This document shows, in pieces, positions 51,415-61,927 of a stretch of DNA of 64,000 nt (position 1 is the stretch's first letter; every line of letters begins with the position of its first letter). The position numbers and the translations under genes were made by a program. The stretch comes from a virus (lineage: Duplodnaviria; Caudoviricetes). The DNA lies in IMG/VR virus record IMGVR_UViG_3300018914_000001, positions 1-64,000 of that record; one strand, written 5' to 3'. Under the pieces are notes generated by a model, which was not told the origin of the DNA, ran no database searches, and worked only from the letters and a program-made list of their open reading frames with translations.

Positions 51415-51942
51415 TTACCCATTGCCTTGCTGGTCTTTATAGCGACTAATGATGTCATCCAACAGAACGGGACGATAGTTGGTTTTTTCCACAGACACGT
51501 TCACATATTGTTTGCTGTCGTAGCTTAACGTGTGCAAATGTCCATGAATATTCACATAAGGCATCGCATCGCTCAGGAACACAGGCTCATGAGACAGAAT
51601 GAAAAAACCGCCGTAGATGATAGGGTAAGGGCTTACCTCATCAAAGCCAACATCCTTCCACCATTGGATGTTTTGTCCTCTGTCATGGTTCCCAAGGATT
51701 AATGTTTTGTGACCATTCAAAAGGCTGACAATGCCTCTTGTCTTGTTCTGGTTGAGGAATGAGAAGTCACCAAGGACAAACACACTATCCTCTGTGGCAA
51801 CCACATCGTTCCAGCTTTTGATAAGCTCATCGTCCATTGCTCTTGCAGACTTGAATGGTCTTCCAAAATACCTGATGATCTCCTCATGACCAAAATGCGG
51901 GTCAGAGTAAACGAAAGTTCTAGGCGAGGTCATCATACCCAT
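51415..51942 (-). CDS. Calcineurin-like phosphoesterase
   Basis: SDPHFGH, LGD, GNHD, SHEP, HGHLH. Confidence 0.85.
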   Translation of the reverse strand: MGMMTSPRTFVYSDPHFGHEEIIRYFGRPFKSARAMDDELIKSWNDVVATEDSVFVLGDFSFLNQNKTRGIVSLLNGHKTLILGNHDRGQNIQWWKDVGFDEVSPYPIIYGGFFILSHEPVFLSDAMPYVNIHGHLHTLSYDSKQYVNVSVEKTNYRPVLLDDIISRYKDQQGNG

Positions 51943-52873
51943 GAATGCCCTCCTCCTTATCCTCATCTTCTTCGCTTTGGAAGGGATTCATACCTTGCTT
52001 TACTGCCGCAACATCCCATTCGTCAAATTGGTCACGCTCTTTAACAATCATATTGATGTCAGAACCTTCGAGAATGGGTAGACGTTTGATCTCCAGCAGA
52101 AGAGAAGAGACATTGTTCTCCATCAATCTTGCATACGCCACTAGTTGCAACTCAGTATCGGCAAGTTTGCCATCTATTCTGCTATCTTCGAGACGCTTCA
52201 GAAAAGCTTGAAAAGCTTGCTTCTCTTTTTGAAACTGCTTTTCAAATTGACTTAGGACAGTTACCATTTAACTCAGCCTCCATCTTTGGCTTCCTAGGTC
52301 TTACCTCTGTCTTTTTCTCAGTTTACTATTGAACAGAGGTATTGTCAACAGCCTTTTCCAGCAATTGAAACAATTTCATTTTACTGAAAGCATCAAGAGA
52401 AAGGAGGGATTGCAATTGCTCAGTTTGCAATTCAGATATGAGTATGTCAGCTACAAGCTCAGGGGTAGCGCCAACTCTCTCCTTTTGTGTCAACTCTTCT
52501 TCTGCCCTTCTCGCAAGACGAATAGCCTCTCTGTATTGATCTTCAGTCACTTCAACGCCTTTTATGTTGAACCATTTGCGTTTCGTGATGTTTTTCTCTA
52601 CAATACGCGAGAAGTAGCCGTATGATGCCTTATACCTATACTCCCTCATCTTTCCATTCTTATCAGCCTTTCGAACATTGATGAGTTCAACAGCCAAAGG
52701 CTTAGGCGCAATAGTCAAGGCATAGGCGCATGAAGCGTTCAGGTCATCATCTTTGTCCAACACTAGAGAGATGTGTTTGTCTTCATAAGATAAGTAAATC
52801 TGCATACAAATACCCCCATAAGGAGAAAGAGGAGGTGGGTGCAATAACCTCCTCCTCTTGTCGCCGTTATTTG

Positions 52874-54199
52874 TTAGAGATTCAATTCTTCAGCTTGCTT
52901 CCCTGCTTCATCTTCTTCTTTCGCTTCGATCACAGGAGCAGGGTCAAGAGTACTGGTTACTGCGACTTCAGTCTGAACAGTCGTTTGCGGCTCTACATCA
53001 ATCGGCTTGCCATCTTCGCCCTCTTTCCACATCGGCTCAGGACGCACCTCACTATTTTCAGCTTTCGGCTCTTCAGCTTTCGGCTCTTCAGCTTTATCAT
53101 TATTGACAGGAGACGATGCCGCCGCCAAGCCAGTGGGCGTTATGCCCTTCTTCGGTTCTTGGTATTGGAACGTTGCACCGCCACGTGCCAATACTTCTTC
53201 TACCCATTTCAGGACGATTTTGATACGTTTGGTCACTTTGTCTTTCTTAGCAGTGCCAGAACCAGTGGTTTCAGTGTAATGGGAGTATTTATAGCTCCCA
53301 GCAAGCGTTTCCTTCTTCTTGATCTTGTAGAAGAAGTATTCGACCATACCGCCAAACTGCTTGGGAGTCCAACCAGCATCCAAGCAACGCGAAGCCATGA
53401 TGTAGATGGATGGAATTTGTGCCTTGCGGAGCATACTGTATTGGTCAGGAAAAGAATCGCCCATGAACTTGAACACTTGACGAATGCGGTTATTCTTCTC
53501 AGCGTCCATACCTTTTTCGTTCAGGTTGACAGCGAATGCGCGAATGTCATCCCCGCCGAAGCCAGTGGTCATTTTGCTGTAGTCCTCTGCGTACTCCAAC
53601 ATCATAGCGGAAAGAATGACTTCTTCGTCTTGGAAGCGATTGCGCTGATTGTCAGTGAGGTTAGAGGAATGTTTCATGAAATAGTATTCCCCTACCTCCT
53701 GCACGAAGTTCATGACTTCAGTGCCAGCCATAACGCGGGTGAGTTCCACTTTTGTCAGAGATTCGCCATTATTGAGGCGGATAAACAGTTCTTCGATTTC
53801 ATCATCCGTGATGTCAGTATAGGTGAAGAAGAACAGTTTGTATTCCTTGATCTTGTCTTTCAGCACGTCAGGCAGTTGGCTGTAGAACAAACCTTTGATT
53901 TCGTAACGATTGCCGTTGACAATCGCGTCAGGAGTCGAAGCGTCCAGTTTGAACTGATCTGCAACGTAGCGGAGGATAGTGGTGAGGCGTTGTTTGCCAT
54001 CCAAAACGTCCATTGCTTCGCCTTCACCCAAGATTGCGTGAATGGGATTGGTGGGGAAGCCAATGATAACAGAGTGCATAAACAGAGAGCGGCGGGCGTC
54101 TTTCCAAACTTCGTTACGCTGAATTGCCATTTCAAAGTTCAGGTTTTCTTCGTTGCGCATCAGTTGTGCTACCATTACGTGGTCAGTCAAATATTTCAT
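52874..54199 (-). CDS. DUF262 (ParB-like) domain protein
   Basis: IQR..VW, S++.GFP, LDGKQRLTT, LF.RLN.G..L. Confidence 0.8.
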   Translation of the reverse strand: MKYLTDHVMVAQLMRNEENLNFEMAIQRNEVWKDARRSLFMHSVIIGFPTNPIHAILGEGEAMDVLDGKQRLTTILRYVADQFKLDASTPDAIVNGNRYEIKGLFYSQLPDVLKDKIKEYKLFFFTYTDITDDEIEELFIRLNNGESLTKVELTRVMAGTEVMNFVQEVGEYYFMKHSSNLTDNQRNRFQDEEVILSAMMLEYAEDYSKMTTGFGGDDIRAFAVNLNEKGMDAEKNNRIRQVFKFMGDSFPDQYSMLRKAQIPSIYIMASRCLDAGWTPKQFGGMVEYFFYKIKKKETLAGSYKYSHYTETTGSGTAKKDKVTKRIKIVLKWVEEVLARGGATFQYQEPKKGITPTGLAAASSPVNNDKAEEPKAEEPKAENSEVRPEPMWKEGEDGKPIDVEPQTTVQTEVAVTSTLDPAPVIEAKEEDEAGKQAEELNL

Positions 54200-54457
54200 G
54201 AGTTAACATCCTTTCTGCCCTCTTTGTGGGGCATCGAATTTTTTTATTTTGGTGAGGGTCTTGCTTCGCTCAACCCTTGATTTCATCTTACTACAAGTTT
54301 ATCCAATTTGCAAGGGTTTTATGCGATTTTCTTCAAAAACTTTTTCAGTAATGCGGAGTGAGGAGAAAGCCCATCACTAACGCCGCAAGGAGGAAGCATA
54401 TCATAGTCTTTGCAAAGCACCATGCTCCATAGCTTAAACCCCATCTTCCACGCCCTT

Positions 54458-54745
54458 TCAACGAAGTTTGCCGCCCCCTTTCGCCTTCTTACTCTTCTTC
54501 TTTTCCTCATGTCGCTTAAACGCTTCAATCTCACGTCTATCCCATACAGGAGTCGCGGCAAGATATGCGATAGGCTTAGGGAAAATCTTAGAGTATTCTG
54601 GACGCTTTTCAGGGTTTAGGTAGTTCCTGATAGTTGTATGGGATACTCCAAGGTAATCCATCACCTCTTTGAATCCCATCAGGTTTTCAGGGGCTACCAA
54701 GCGCGAAGTAGGACGTTTGAGCTTGATGGTTTTCACTATCAACAA
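54458..54745 (-). CDS. Small HTH DNA-binding protein (excisionase/AlpA-like)
   Basis: LMGFKEVMDYLGVSHTTI...FPKPI...PVW. Confidence 0.7.
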   Translation of the reverse strand: MLIVKTIKLKRPTSRLVAPENLMGFKEVMDYLGVSHTTIRNYLNPEKRPEYSKIFPKPIAYLAATPVWDRREIEAFKRHEEKKKSKKAKGGGKLR

Positions 54746-54843
54746 GGTTCACCCCTTACATAATTCATTATATGCGTTTCGTTGCTCTTTATGCAAGAGC
54801 TTTTGGAAATATTTTTTGAGGTGCGATATCCGCTTTTGGGAGT

Positions 54844-54977
54844 TAAAAGGGTAACTGGACAACCTCCTCTTTAATATATCGTTTGAGGTTATATTTTATA
54901 TTTCTTATCGGTATATATCTCTAATATATAAATACTTAACGATATATTAGAGAAGAGGTTGGATAGTTACCCTTTTA
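54844..54977. repeat. 40-bp imperfect inverted repeat with AT-rich spacer
   Basis: Arms 54844-54883 and 54938-54977 match at 35/40 by manual alignment. Confidence 0.85.
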
Positions 54978-55996
54978 GTCTCTAAAACACTCTCGCGGTA
55001 AGACTGCTCAAAGAAGGTTTTGAATCGCTTCTTGGCCGCCTAGGAGCCTCACAGAGAGGCTTTAAGTGGAGGGTAGGTACTTGGGTGTTCCCGCCTCCAT
55101 TCTTTGGTTTAGACGAACATGAATCTGTACGCTATCAAGCTTGATGTTATGAAGAACGCATTCTTCGCCGTATACAGACTGCAAATATTCATACAGTTGT
55201 TTGGCGAAAGCCACATCTTCATCAGCATTGTCAAAAACGACAAACCCATTAATGTCAAGCTCATTAAAGATTCGAGCAAGCTTAGATGGATTAATATTTT
55301 TAGACTTATGATAAGTGGTCATTAACACACCCCTTTATAATGGAAATAATTTTCTCTCCAAAAATTTTACATCAAGTTCAGCAACAAGTCTGCTATGGGG
55401 CTTACCACTTACATAAACAGTTGATTCACTAGGTATTCCGTTAATGTAAGCAGTATCGCCATCAAGGTTAAGCTCTGATAAGCCAATGATACCCTGATAT
55501 GTCTTTTGGAGATATTTCTTTCCAGCTTTTGACAAGAGCCAAAGCTGATTAATTTCAACACCTTTACTCTTGACAGTATCGCTCACGATACCCCACCTCC
55601 CTTAATTAAGTAATCCATCCTTTGAATGGGTCGCGCATCAGGTTAAAGCGATCTCCTTCCCATTCATCACACTCCCCATTTGATTCATTGCACATTGTTT
55701 CAACTTTAACAAGTTGACTCTTTTCCCAATACTCAACAAGGATAAAAGTAAAGTCGTGAATCTTGGGAATTTCAGATGTCAACTTAAAGAAGTCGAAAAC
55801 AGCATCATTACACTCATCTTTGTCGGCTCCAACATAAATCGTTCTATCGCCAGATGAATGAAGCAACTTAGCCTTAGCAATAAGAGTTTGCATAAATACC
55901 ATCTCCTTATTTAATTTAGCGGCATTAACTCCACCCCTTAAATCATTGAATGGATGATTTAAGGGCTAGAGGGAAGGGTTAACCCTTCCATTAGCC

Positions 55997-56953
55997 TTAT
56001 TTAATTAAGCCAGTAGGACGTTGAATATTTTTACCAGCCTTTTGACCAGCGCCATATGCGGCGGCATTGCCATACCGCCTCTGACGTTGAGAAGCCTTCA
56101 TTTTATGACTAGTGAAGCCTTTAGAAAGCTCCTCCCAGTATTGCTTGACTGGCTCAACGATAACCAAAGCGGTAGACTGAGCAACTTCGTCAGTAACTTC
56201 CACTTCTTCATCGTTATCCCACAGTTCGTCATCATCTTCCAGAAACTGGTCAGGGGTGAAATTCCGCAAGTCTCTGATGAGGATGTACTTGGGCTTTCCT
56301 TCTTCGTCGCTGGTCAGGATTTTCTTCGTGCCCTCTGGCAGAGCAAGGAGTTTATTCTTAGCAAGGAGTTTAATATCCTCTTTAAGTTGCTCCTTGAACT
56401 TCTGCTCAATGCCATTAACAAAACCAGAGAGCCAGTCATGACGCAACTTTTCTTGATCTGACTTCTTTTTAGCGATAGGCACAAGATTTTTGCGAAGTTT
56501 CCAGACATAACCCTCTGACATGTGCATGGCTACCTGCTGGGCAAAATCAAACAGTTCAGCCGCGAATTGGGCATCGCTTTCCAGCCCAACAAAGACAGCC
56601 CTATAACGTTCTTCTTTTGCCCAATCAATATAGTAGTAGCAACGGAAGGCTTTTGCGAGTACCCTTGCCAAGTTAGACTCGAACCAAGTCCATTCATAGT
56701 GATTTATAGTGCGCCACTCGACAACCTTTTGTTCTTTCTTTTCTTCTATTACTTTTTTAGCTTTTTCAATTTCTGCCTCAGTGATGTTATGTTTCAACAT
56801 CAGCTTATAGGCGAGCTTCATTGCATTTTGAGCTTCACCTTTTTGGCGGTCATCGTTACCTTTCAGGATAGAATCCTTCAAGGCGTGAAGCTTCTGAATC
56901 TGAAGAATAACATCATTGCGGTCTTTGCTTTGTTTGCTTTCGTTTTGTTCCAT
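55997..56953 (-). CDS. DUF2786-like protein
   Basis: IQKL.AL...EAQ.AM..A.KLM.KHNI; LA.V+A..FRC; FVG..SD. Confidence 0.65.
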   Translation of the reverse strand: MEQNESKQSKDRNDVILQIQKLHALKDSILKGNDDRQKGEAQNAMKLAYKLMLKHNITEAEIEKAKKVIEEKKEQKVVEWRTINHYEWTWFESNLARVLAKAFRCYYYIDWAKEERYRAVFVGLESDAQFAAELFDFAQQVAMHMSEGYVWKLRKNLVPIAKKKSDQEKLRHDWLSGFVNGIEQKFKEQLKEDIKLLAKNKLLALPEGTKKILTSDEEGKPKYILIRDLRNFTPDQFLEDDDELWDNDEEVEVTDEVAQSTALVIVEPVKQYWEELSKGFTSHKMKASQRQRRYGNAAAYGAGQKAGKNIQRPTGLIK

Positions 56954-56961
56954 GTGAAACG
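56946..56961. promoter_or_regulatory. parS-like site (2 mismatches)
   Basis: TGTTCCATGTGAAACG versus consensus TGTTCCACGTGAAACA. Confidence 0.7.
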
Positions 56962-58204
56962 CTCTCCTTTCGTATTACCTCTTGCTTCTTATTATAGTCG
57001 ATACGTTGCCATTTATGCAACCCCTTTTGCAAAAAAAATAAAAAGGAATGAGCGAATAGCCCATTCCTTAAAAAGTTAACCTTGCACTTCACCTGGTACA
57101 CGTTTCAGCTTGCTTGTTTCAATTCCCAGCACACCAGAATTGTCGAAGTTGACAGAGGCGAAGGACTTATCTTCGCTCAGAGCGACGATGTTTCCGTATT
57201 GGGTAGTAAACCCTTCGAAAACAACTCTGTCACCATCTTGCGGAATCCATTCATCCTCCTCCACAGATGTTTCCGCCACATCCCAGCCTTTGGGCATATA
57301 ATGCTCCATTGTCGTCTGAGCATTCGCATGAGCTTTTTTAGTAGTGGCTTCTTCACGTTTCATCAGCATGAGCAAGGGAGCCAACATGAAGGCTTCCAGA
57401 ATTTGGATGTCCTCTGCATACTCATCAGAGGAGGAAAGTGCAATGGTCTTCAGGTTTTCCCATGCTCTGAAGACCTCCAGAACGTTTTGACTTGCGGGCA
57501 TGATCTCCTCTACTTTGACGCGCAACGCCCCGCCTCCCGCCATAGCGACATAGAGGGCATTTTCATCAATGCCGCCAGCCTCAGTTTCAGGCAGAATTTC
57601 CATAATTTTCGGCTCTTCTAAGCCTGCCTCTTTCTCGCATAGCAGGATGCCCTTTTCAATCATTGCCAGCAGAGTTCTAATCATTATTAATAACCTCCTC
57701 ATTTTTTTCATTTTTATTCGACTACACTATATTATATACGACAAAGAGCAGGTTAATTCCTGCTCTTTCGCAAATTTTTTTATTTATTTTTCATTAATGC
57801 ACATACATGACTTGATGGTAAATACGCTCAGCAACCACTGCCAAAATAACAACAGCCGCTACAGTAGTCCAAAAGATGTCTTGTTTTTTAGTCATTTTGT
57901 TCACCTCCCCTTGGTAGTCAGACTTATTTGCAATGTCTTTTTTACGATTTCCCGCATATACATTAAAACAAGAGCCGCGATATGCTGGGCAAGGGTTTAG
58001 CAGGGGTAGCCAGCTTCATCGAATCGTATCTCCTTTCTATTTGATTTAGCGCCAGACATTTGGGATTGGATGATACGCGCCGCATCTTTCCTATGTATGT
58101 CTGCCTTTACTTCAATAAAGTCAGAATGATAACGTTTCTCACTAATGCGAATCCCTGCTTGTTGTAGGATGAAAACTTGCTCACTAGTGAGAAAGAGAGT
58201 GGTA

Positions 58205-58220
58205 TGTTTCACGTGGAACA
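58205..58220. promoter_or_regulatory. parS site
   Basis: Reverse complement is the exact consensus TGTTCCACGTGAAACA. Confidence 0.85.
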
Positions 58221-58453
58221 ACGCTCCTTAGTCGAGTTTCATCAATAAGCGGTCGCTAATTTCGGACAAGACAAGCACACCAATGAAAATTAACGCTTCC
58301 ATTATTTCACTTCCTTTCTCTTTGTAAGAACAATCATAGCAGGAACACCAAACCCTATCGCTAACAGGCAAATTATAACAAACCAGTTGGAAGCAGTCAA
58401 GGCGAATTTTCCTCCTAATTAACTCTTCTCTAAAAGTCTGCTTTTATTGAATT

Positions 58454-58828
58454 TCATTTTTTAAAAATGCGTTTCTTTTTTTGGAGCTTCCCTCCAAAGC
58501 TAATTTTAACTTTCATTTCCGTTGAACTTTTCCATTTAACTTTAATCCTCCTCCTTTTGACTTCTTTCTCTCGAATAACAATTTCCAGTCCAAGCTCATC
58601 CAAAACTTTTAACAGTGTACCAATGGTATAATTTTTACCACTAGTAATTCGCGCAATTTGAGTATAACTAAGATTTGGAATTTTTGCGGCTAAGGTTCTA
58701 AGGGACAGCCCGCTATCATCCATAGCTTCTTTTATGGCTTCAGAGATTTGGAGTTTAGGCTTTTCGATTGCATAATACTCGTTAGGAATCGCACCAAACT
58801 CTTTCGGAAATTCTTCTTGTTTTTTCAT
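58454..58828 (-). CDS. XRE-family HTH protein
   Basis: LSLRTLA...LSYTQIARI.SG.NYTI.TLLKVL..LGLE. Confidence 0.75.
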   Translation of the reverse strand: MKKQEEFPKEFGAIPNEYYAIEKPKLQISEAIKEAMDDSGLSLRTLAAKIPNLSYTQIARITSGKNYTIGTLLKVLDELGLEIVIREKEVKRRRIKVKWKSSTEMKVKISFGGKLQKKKRIFKK

Positions 58829-59409
58829 TTTACTTACCTCTTTTCTTGTTTAAAAATTAACTAGAACGCCTTCAGAATAAAGAATGTCAAACACTTCACC
58901 ATAAACTTCTTTAACTCCTTGATATTCTTCAGGAGCCAGTCCTACCAACAGGTCAGCCAGTGCCATTGCTTCTTGCCTAGAGGGTTGCCCCTCCAGTAAC
59001 ATATAAGTATAAGCTAGCCCAAACAAAGTTAAAGCACGTGCGTATTTAGACATGCTTACTCCTCCCCATATTTTAATTTCATTATTTCTTCTAAAGCCTG
59101 ATTAACTCGCACATTTACTTCATACGGTTGGACTTTTGCCTTCTCCTTCTTTGACTCAATATGAAGCGTTCTTTTCTTGCAGTTTACACACCAATTATGT
59201 TTTCTATGTCCTTCGCTTCTTGTTCGCGATTTTCTTCTATGAATCCTAATCTCTTTGCCGCATTTAGTGCAAGTAATATAAGAGTAAGCCAAACGCTTTT
59301 GATGCATTTAAAACCTCTCCCCTATCTTGTCATGGTTTTCCTCCCAAAGTTTTTAATTAGCTCCCCTGCCTTTTTCAAGACAAGGGAGCTAATTTGTTAT
59401 CGTTTATTA

Positions 59410-60639
59410 CTATTCTTCATTCTGCGTGATCCTCCCAATTTCGATTTTCAGGTGGAATTTGCCACCGCGCTTAACGATCTCAACAGCTTCTGACAACAGG
59501 ACAAGCAGTGTATCTCCATTTACCCCATGCAAGGAAGCAGACAGCCCCACGTTCGCGCAGGGAGAGGCTTCCACATTTGCATGTGCGACAACAGGCAGTG
59601 TTTCCAGAACAGGCGGTACTTCCAAAACAGATGCCGCCGCCGCTTGCTGAAGCCCTGTTGCAATTTCGTTCTGCCCTTGTTTAGATTCTAATTGCTTAGC
59701 GATATACGCCTCAACAGCGTCTTTAATTGAAGCGTCAGGCTTGATGTCTTCCGACTTGGAATGAAACTTATACGTTGCGACAGTATTTTGTCCGACACCC
59801 AAAATGATTGCGATGTCTTTTGCCTTCAATTGCGGATAGTTTTCATTGATAAACTTTACCTGAGAAATTTTGGGGTTTGCTTTTGTCATGTTTTCCATCT
59901 CCTTAATGATTGGTTTGTTGATTTTGGGTGCGTCTTTTATTGTTTCAATCTTAGGTGTTTCAATCTTAGGTGTTGGAGGGATAATTTTTTTAGCGATAGG
60001 CTTATTAACTAACTTAGGATTAAGATTAACAATCTTAGGCTTGTTAACAACTCCTTCGCCTTTTTCAATATACCGCTTGATACGATTCCTAAGTCTTTTG
60101 CAAATTCTACTAATATAAGATTGAGAAATACCTAAAGCATTTCCAATCTCTACTTGTGTTTTTCCCTCCTCAAATTTCATAATTATAATTAAGCGATCTC
60201 TTTCAGGGAGTGAAAAAACAAAATCTTTCACACTAGTTGAGATCATGCTTAATTCAACTTCATCTTCAATATTTTCATCTGAAGGGATTATCTCCCTAAG
60301 CGTAATCCCATTTCCATTACCGTCTGTAATTAGAATCCTGTCTAATGAATCAATGTAAGCATGTTTCTTATTCCTTCTAAGAAACATTAAAATTTCATTT
60401 ATCATACAACGAGATGAGTATGTAGCAAACTTGATGTCTTTGCTGGGGTCAAAGGTGTGATAAGCTTTTAGGAATCCAATTTGAGCATATCCTGCTAAAT
60501 CGTCGATTTCTACATTGGTGTTGGCGAATTTTTTAGCAATATAGAAGGAGAATTTTTTGTTGGATTCGAAAAACTCTCTTTCCGCCTCTTTATCGCCAGC
60601 TTTAGCTTTAACTATCAACTCTTCGTTTTTAAGTTGCAT
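59410..60639 (-). CDS. Sporulation-type (SigE/SigK-like) sigma factor with a long C-terminal extension
   Basis: IAKKF.NT....DDL...A.IG..KA..TFD..K..KFATYSSRCMINEILMFLRR; TQ.EI...LGISQSYISR. Confidence 0.88.
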   Translation of the reverse strand: MQLKNEELIVKAKAGDKEAEREFFESNKKFSFYIAKKFANTNVEIDDLAGYAQIGFLKAYHTFDPSKDIKFATYSSRCMINEILMFLRRNKKHAYIDSLDRILITDGNGNGITLREIIPSDENIEDEVELSMISTSVKDFVFSLPERDRLIIIMKFEEGKTQVEIGNALGISQSYISRICKRLRNRIKRYIEKGEGVVNKPKIVNLNPKLVNKPIAKKIIPPTPKIETPKIETIKDAPKINKPIIKEMENMTKANPKISQVKFINENYPQLKAKDIAIILGVGQNTVATYKFHSKSEDIKPDASIKDAVEAYIAKQLESKQGQNEIATGLQQAAAASVLEVPPVLETLPVVAHANVEASPCANVGLSASLHGVNGDTLLVLLSEAVEIVKRGGKFHLKIEIGRITQNEE

Positions 60640-60666
60640 ATGTCACCCCGCTACTACTCACTTGGC

Positions 60667-60987
60667 TTACAGCCTTTTGAGTCTCGCTTTCATAAATTTT
60701 TGAACCTCTTCTGCGCAACACTTGCGGATATGGGGATAAAAATTTTCAGGGGGTATATCCTGAATACCTTGAACACCGCGAACAAGTCCCACTGTAGCAA
60801 CACTTACGTAATCTTCCAATGGGATGATATTGTGCACTGCATAAAATCTTGCCGCACATTTGACTACTGTACGCAAACTTCGTTCGATCAGCACGTCACG
60901 CGCCGCTTCATTGGGAAGTTTTCTTTGCAAGAAAGCAATTTCTTTGACATTCAATTCTACTGGCAGATTATCAACATTTACAACCAT
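60667..60987 (-). CDS. Truncated sigma-factor-like protein (region 1.2/2 only)
   Basis: ARDVLIERSLRTVVKCA.RF...LEDYVSVATVGLVRGV. Confidence 0.65.
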   Translation of the reverse strand: MVVNVDNLPVELNVKEIAFLQRKLPNEAARDVLIERSLRTVVKCAARFYAVHNIIPLEDYVSVATVGLVRGVQGIQDIPPENFYPHIRKCCAEEVQKFMKARLKRL

Positions 60988-61005
60988 TATCTTTCTCCCC
61001 TTTTT

Positions 61006-61554
61006 TTAAATTTTTCCTTCTCCTTTACATCTAAAGCATATACCGTTTTCAATATGGCTATAGGCTGAAATGTTGCCATCGCCATTACATCTAGGACAAG
61101 TCCGAAGTTGTCTTTTTGTCGCTCTTCGCCATGCCTCAGTACAACTAGGTTTCTTGCAATAGATAAAAAGCTCCTCATCAATGTTGATAGACTCATTGTA
61201 AACATCTATTTCGCATCCACATCGCCAGCAAATTTTGATAAGAGATTCTTTTGGTAGTTCTGGCGGTAGCTCTTCTTTGAAGATTCGTTTTCGTGCTTGA
61301 GCCTCAAACTTATCGTAACCATCTTTAATCTTTTTAAGTTCGCCAATACGTGTAAACGAGAAGTATTCAAAGTTTCCATTCTTATGAATGCGAACCTTAA
61401 TTTCTCCACGCTCAGGAAGCATTGCGTCTGCAAAGACTTCCCTGCCACCTAGAATAAGGGTGACAGGGAACCAATGCTCTTTGTATTGAGTCAGCAACTC
61501 CCCCACTTGACTTTGAATCTGCTCAGTTAAGGTCTGCTGTTTCACGTGGAACAT
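61006..61554 (-). CDS. Hypothetical protein with DnaJ-type Zn fingers
   Basis: CPRCNGDG...CFRCKGEG. Confidence 0.6.
   Translation of the reverse strand: MFHVKQQTLTEQIQSQVGELLTQYKEHWFPVTLILGGREVFADAMLPERGEIKVRIHKNGNFEYFSFTRIGELKKIKDGYDKFEAQARKRIFKEELPPELPKESLIKICWRCGCEIDVYNESINIDEELFIYCKKPSCTEAWRRATKRQLRTCPRCNGDGNISAYSHIENGICFRCKGEGKI
61538..61553. promoter_or_regulatory. parS site
   Basis: Reverse complement is the exact consensus TGTTCCACGTGAAACA. Confidence 0.85.
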
Positions 61555-61927
61555 ACCTCCCTTCATGGCTTAGTGGTGTAGTATACGATCAATTGCATTG
61601 ATGAGCAATTGCATTGACTGCTCTCTTTGCTTATCCCAAACCATTACTGTTTTGATTTTAAAGACAAACCCGCGCTTAACACAGGATAATAACATATCTT
61701 CATATATAATGTATCTGTGCTGTCTGTAGTCAATCAAGACTCTGCCTTGTTGCGCGGCTTCCTCTAAAAATCTTTGGATGGCTGTTTCTCTGCTTTTTAT
61801 GCCGTCTCTTTCCATAATTCTGAGTAGGTCAGGTTCGCGATTGGTTACTTTGCGCCATTCGTATTCACGAATAAACCTCTTCTCTAACCTCAGAACACTA
61901 TGGGCAGTTGCTTCGTAGCGAGAGGGG

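Noticed and set aside
53059-53093. Tandem 15-bp repeat TTCAGCTTTCGGCTC
   Set aside because: Encodes EEPKA repeats in the disordered tail of the DUF262 protein
52730-54280. 516-aa plus-strand ORF, and similar long plus-strand ORFs at 28275, 37692 and 50199
   Set aside because: Antisense shadows of well-supported minus-strand genes, with no recognisable motifs
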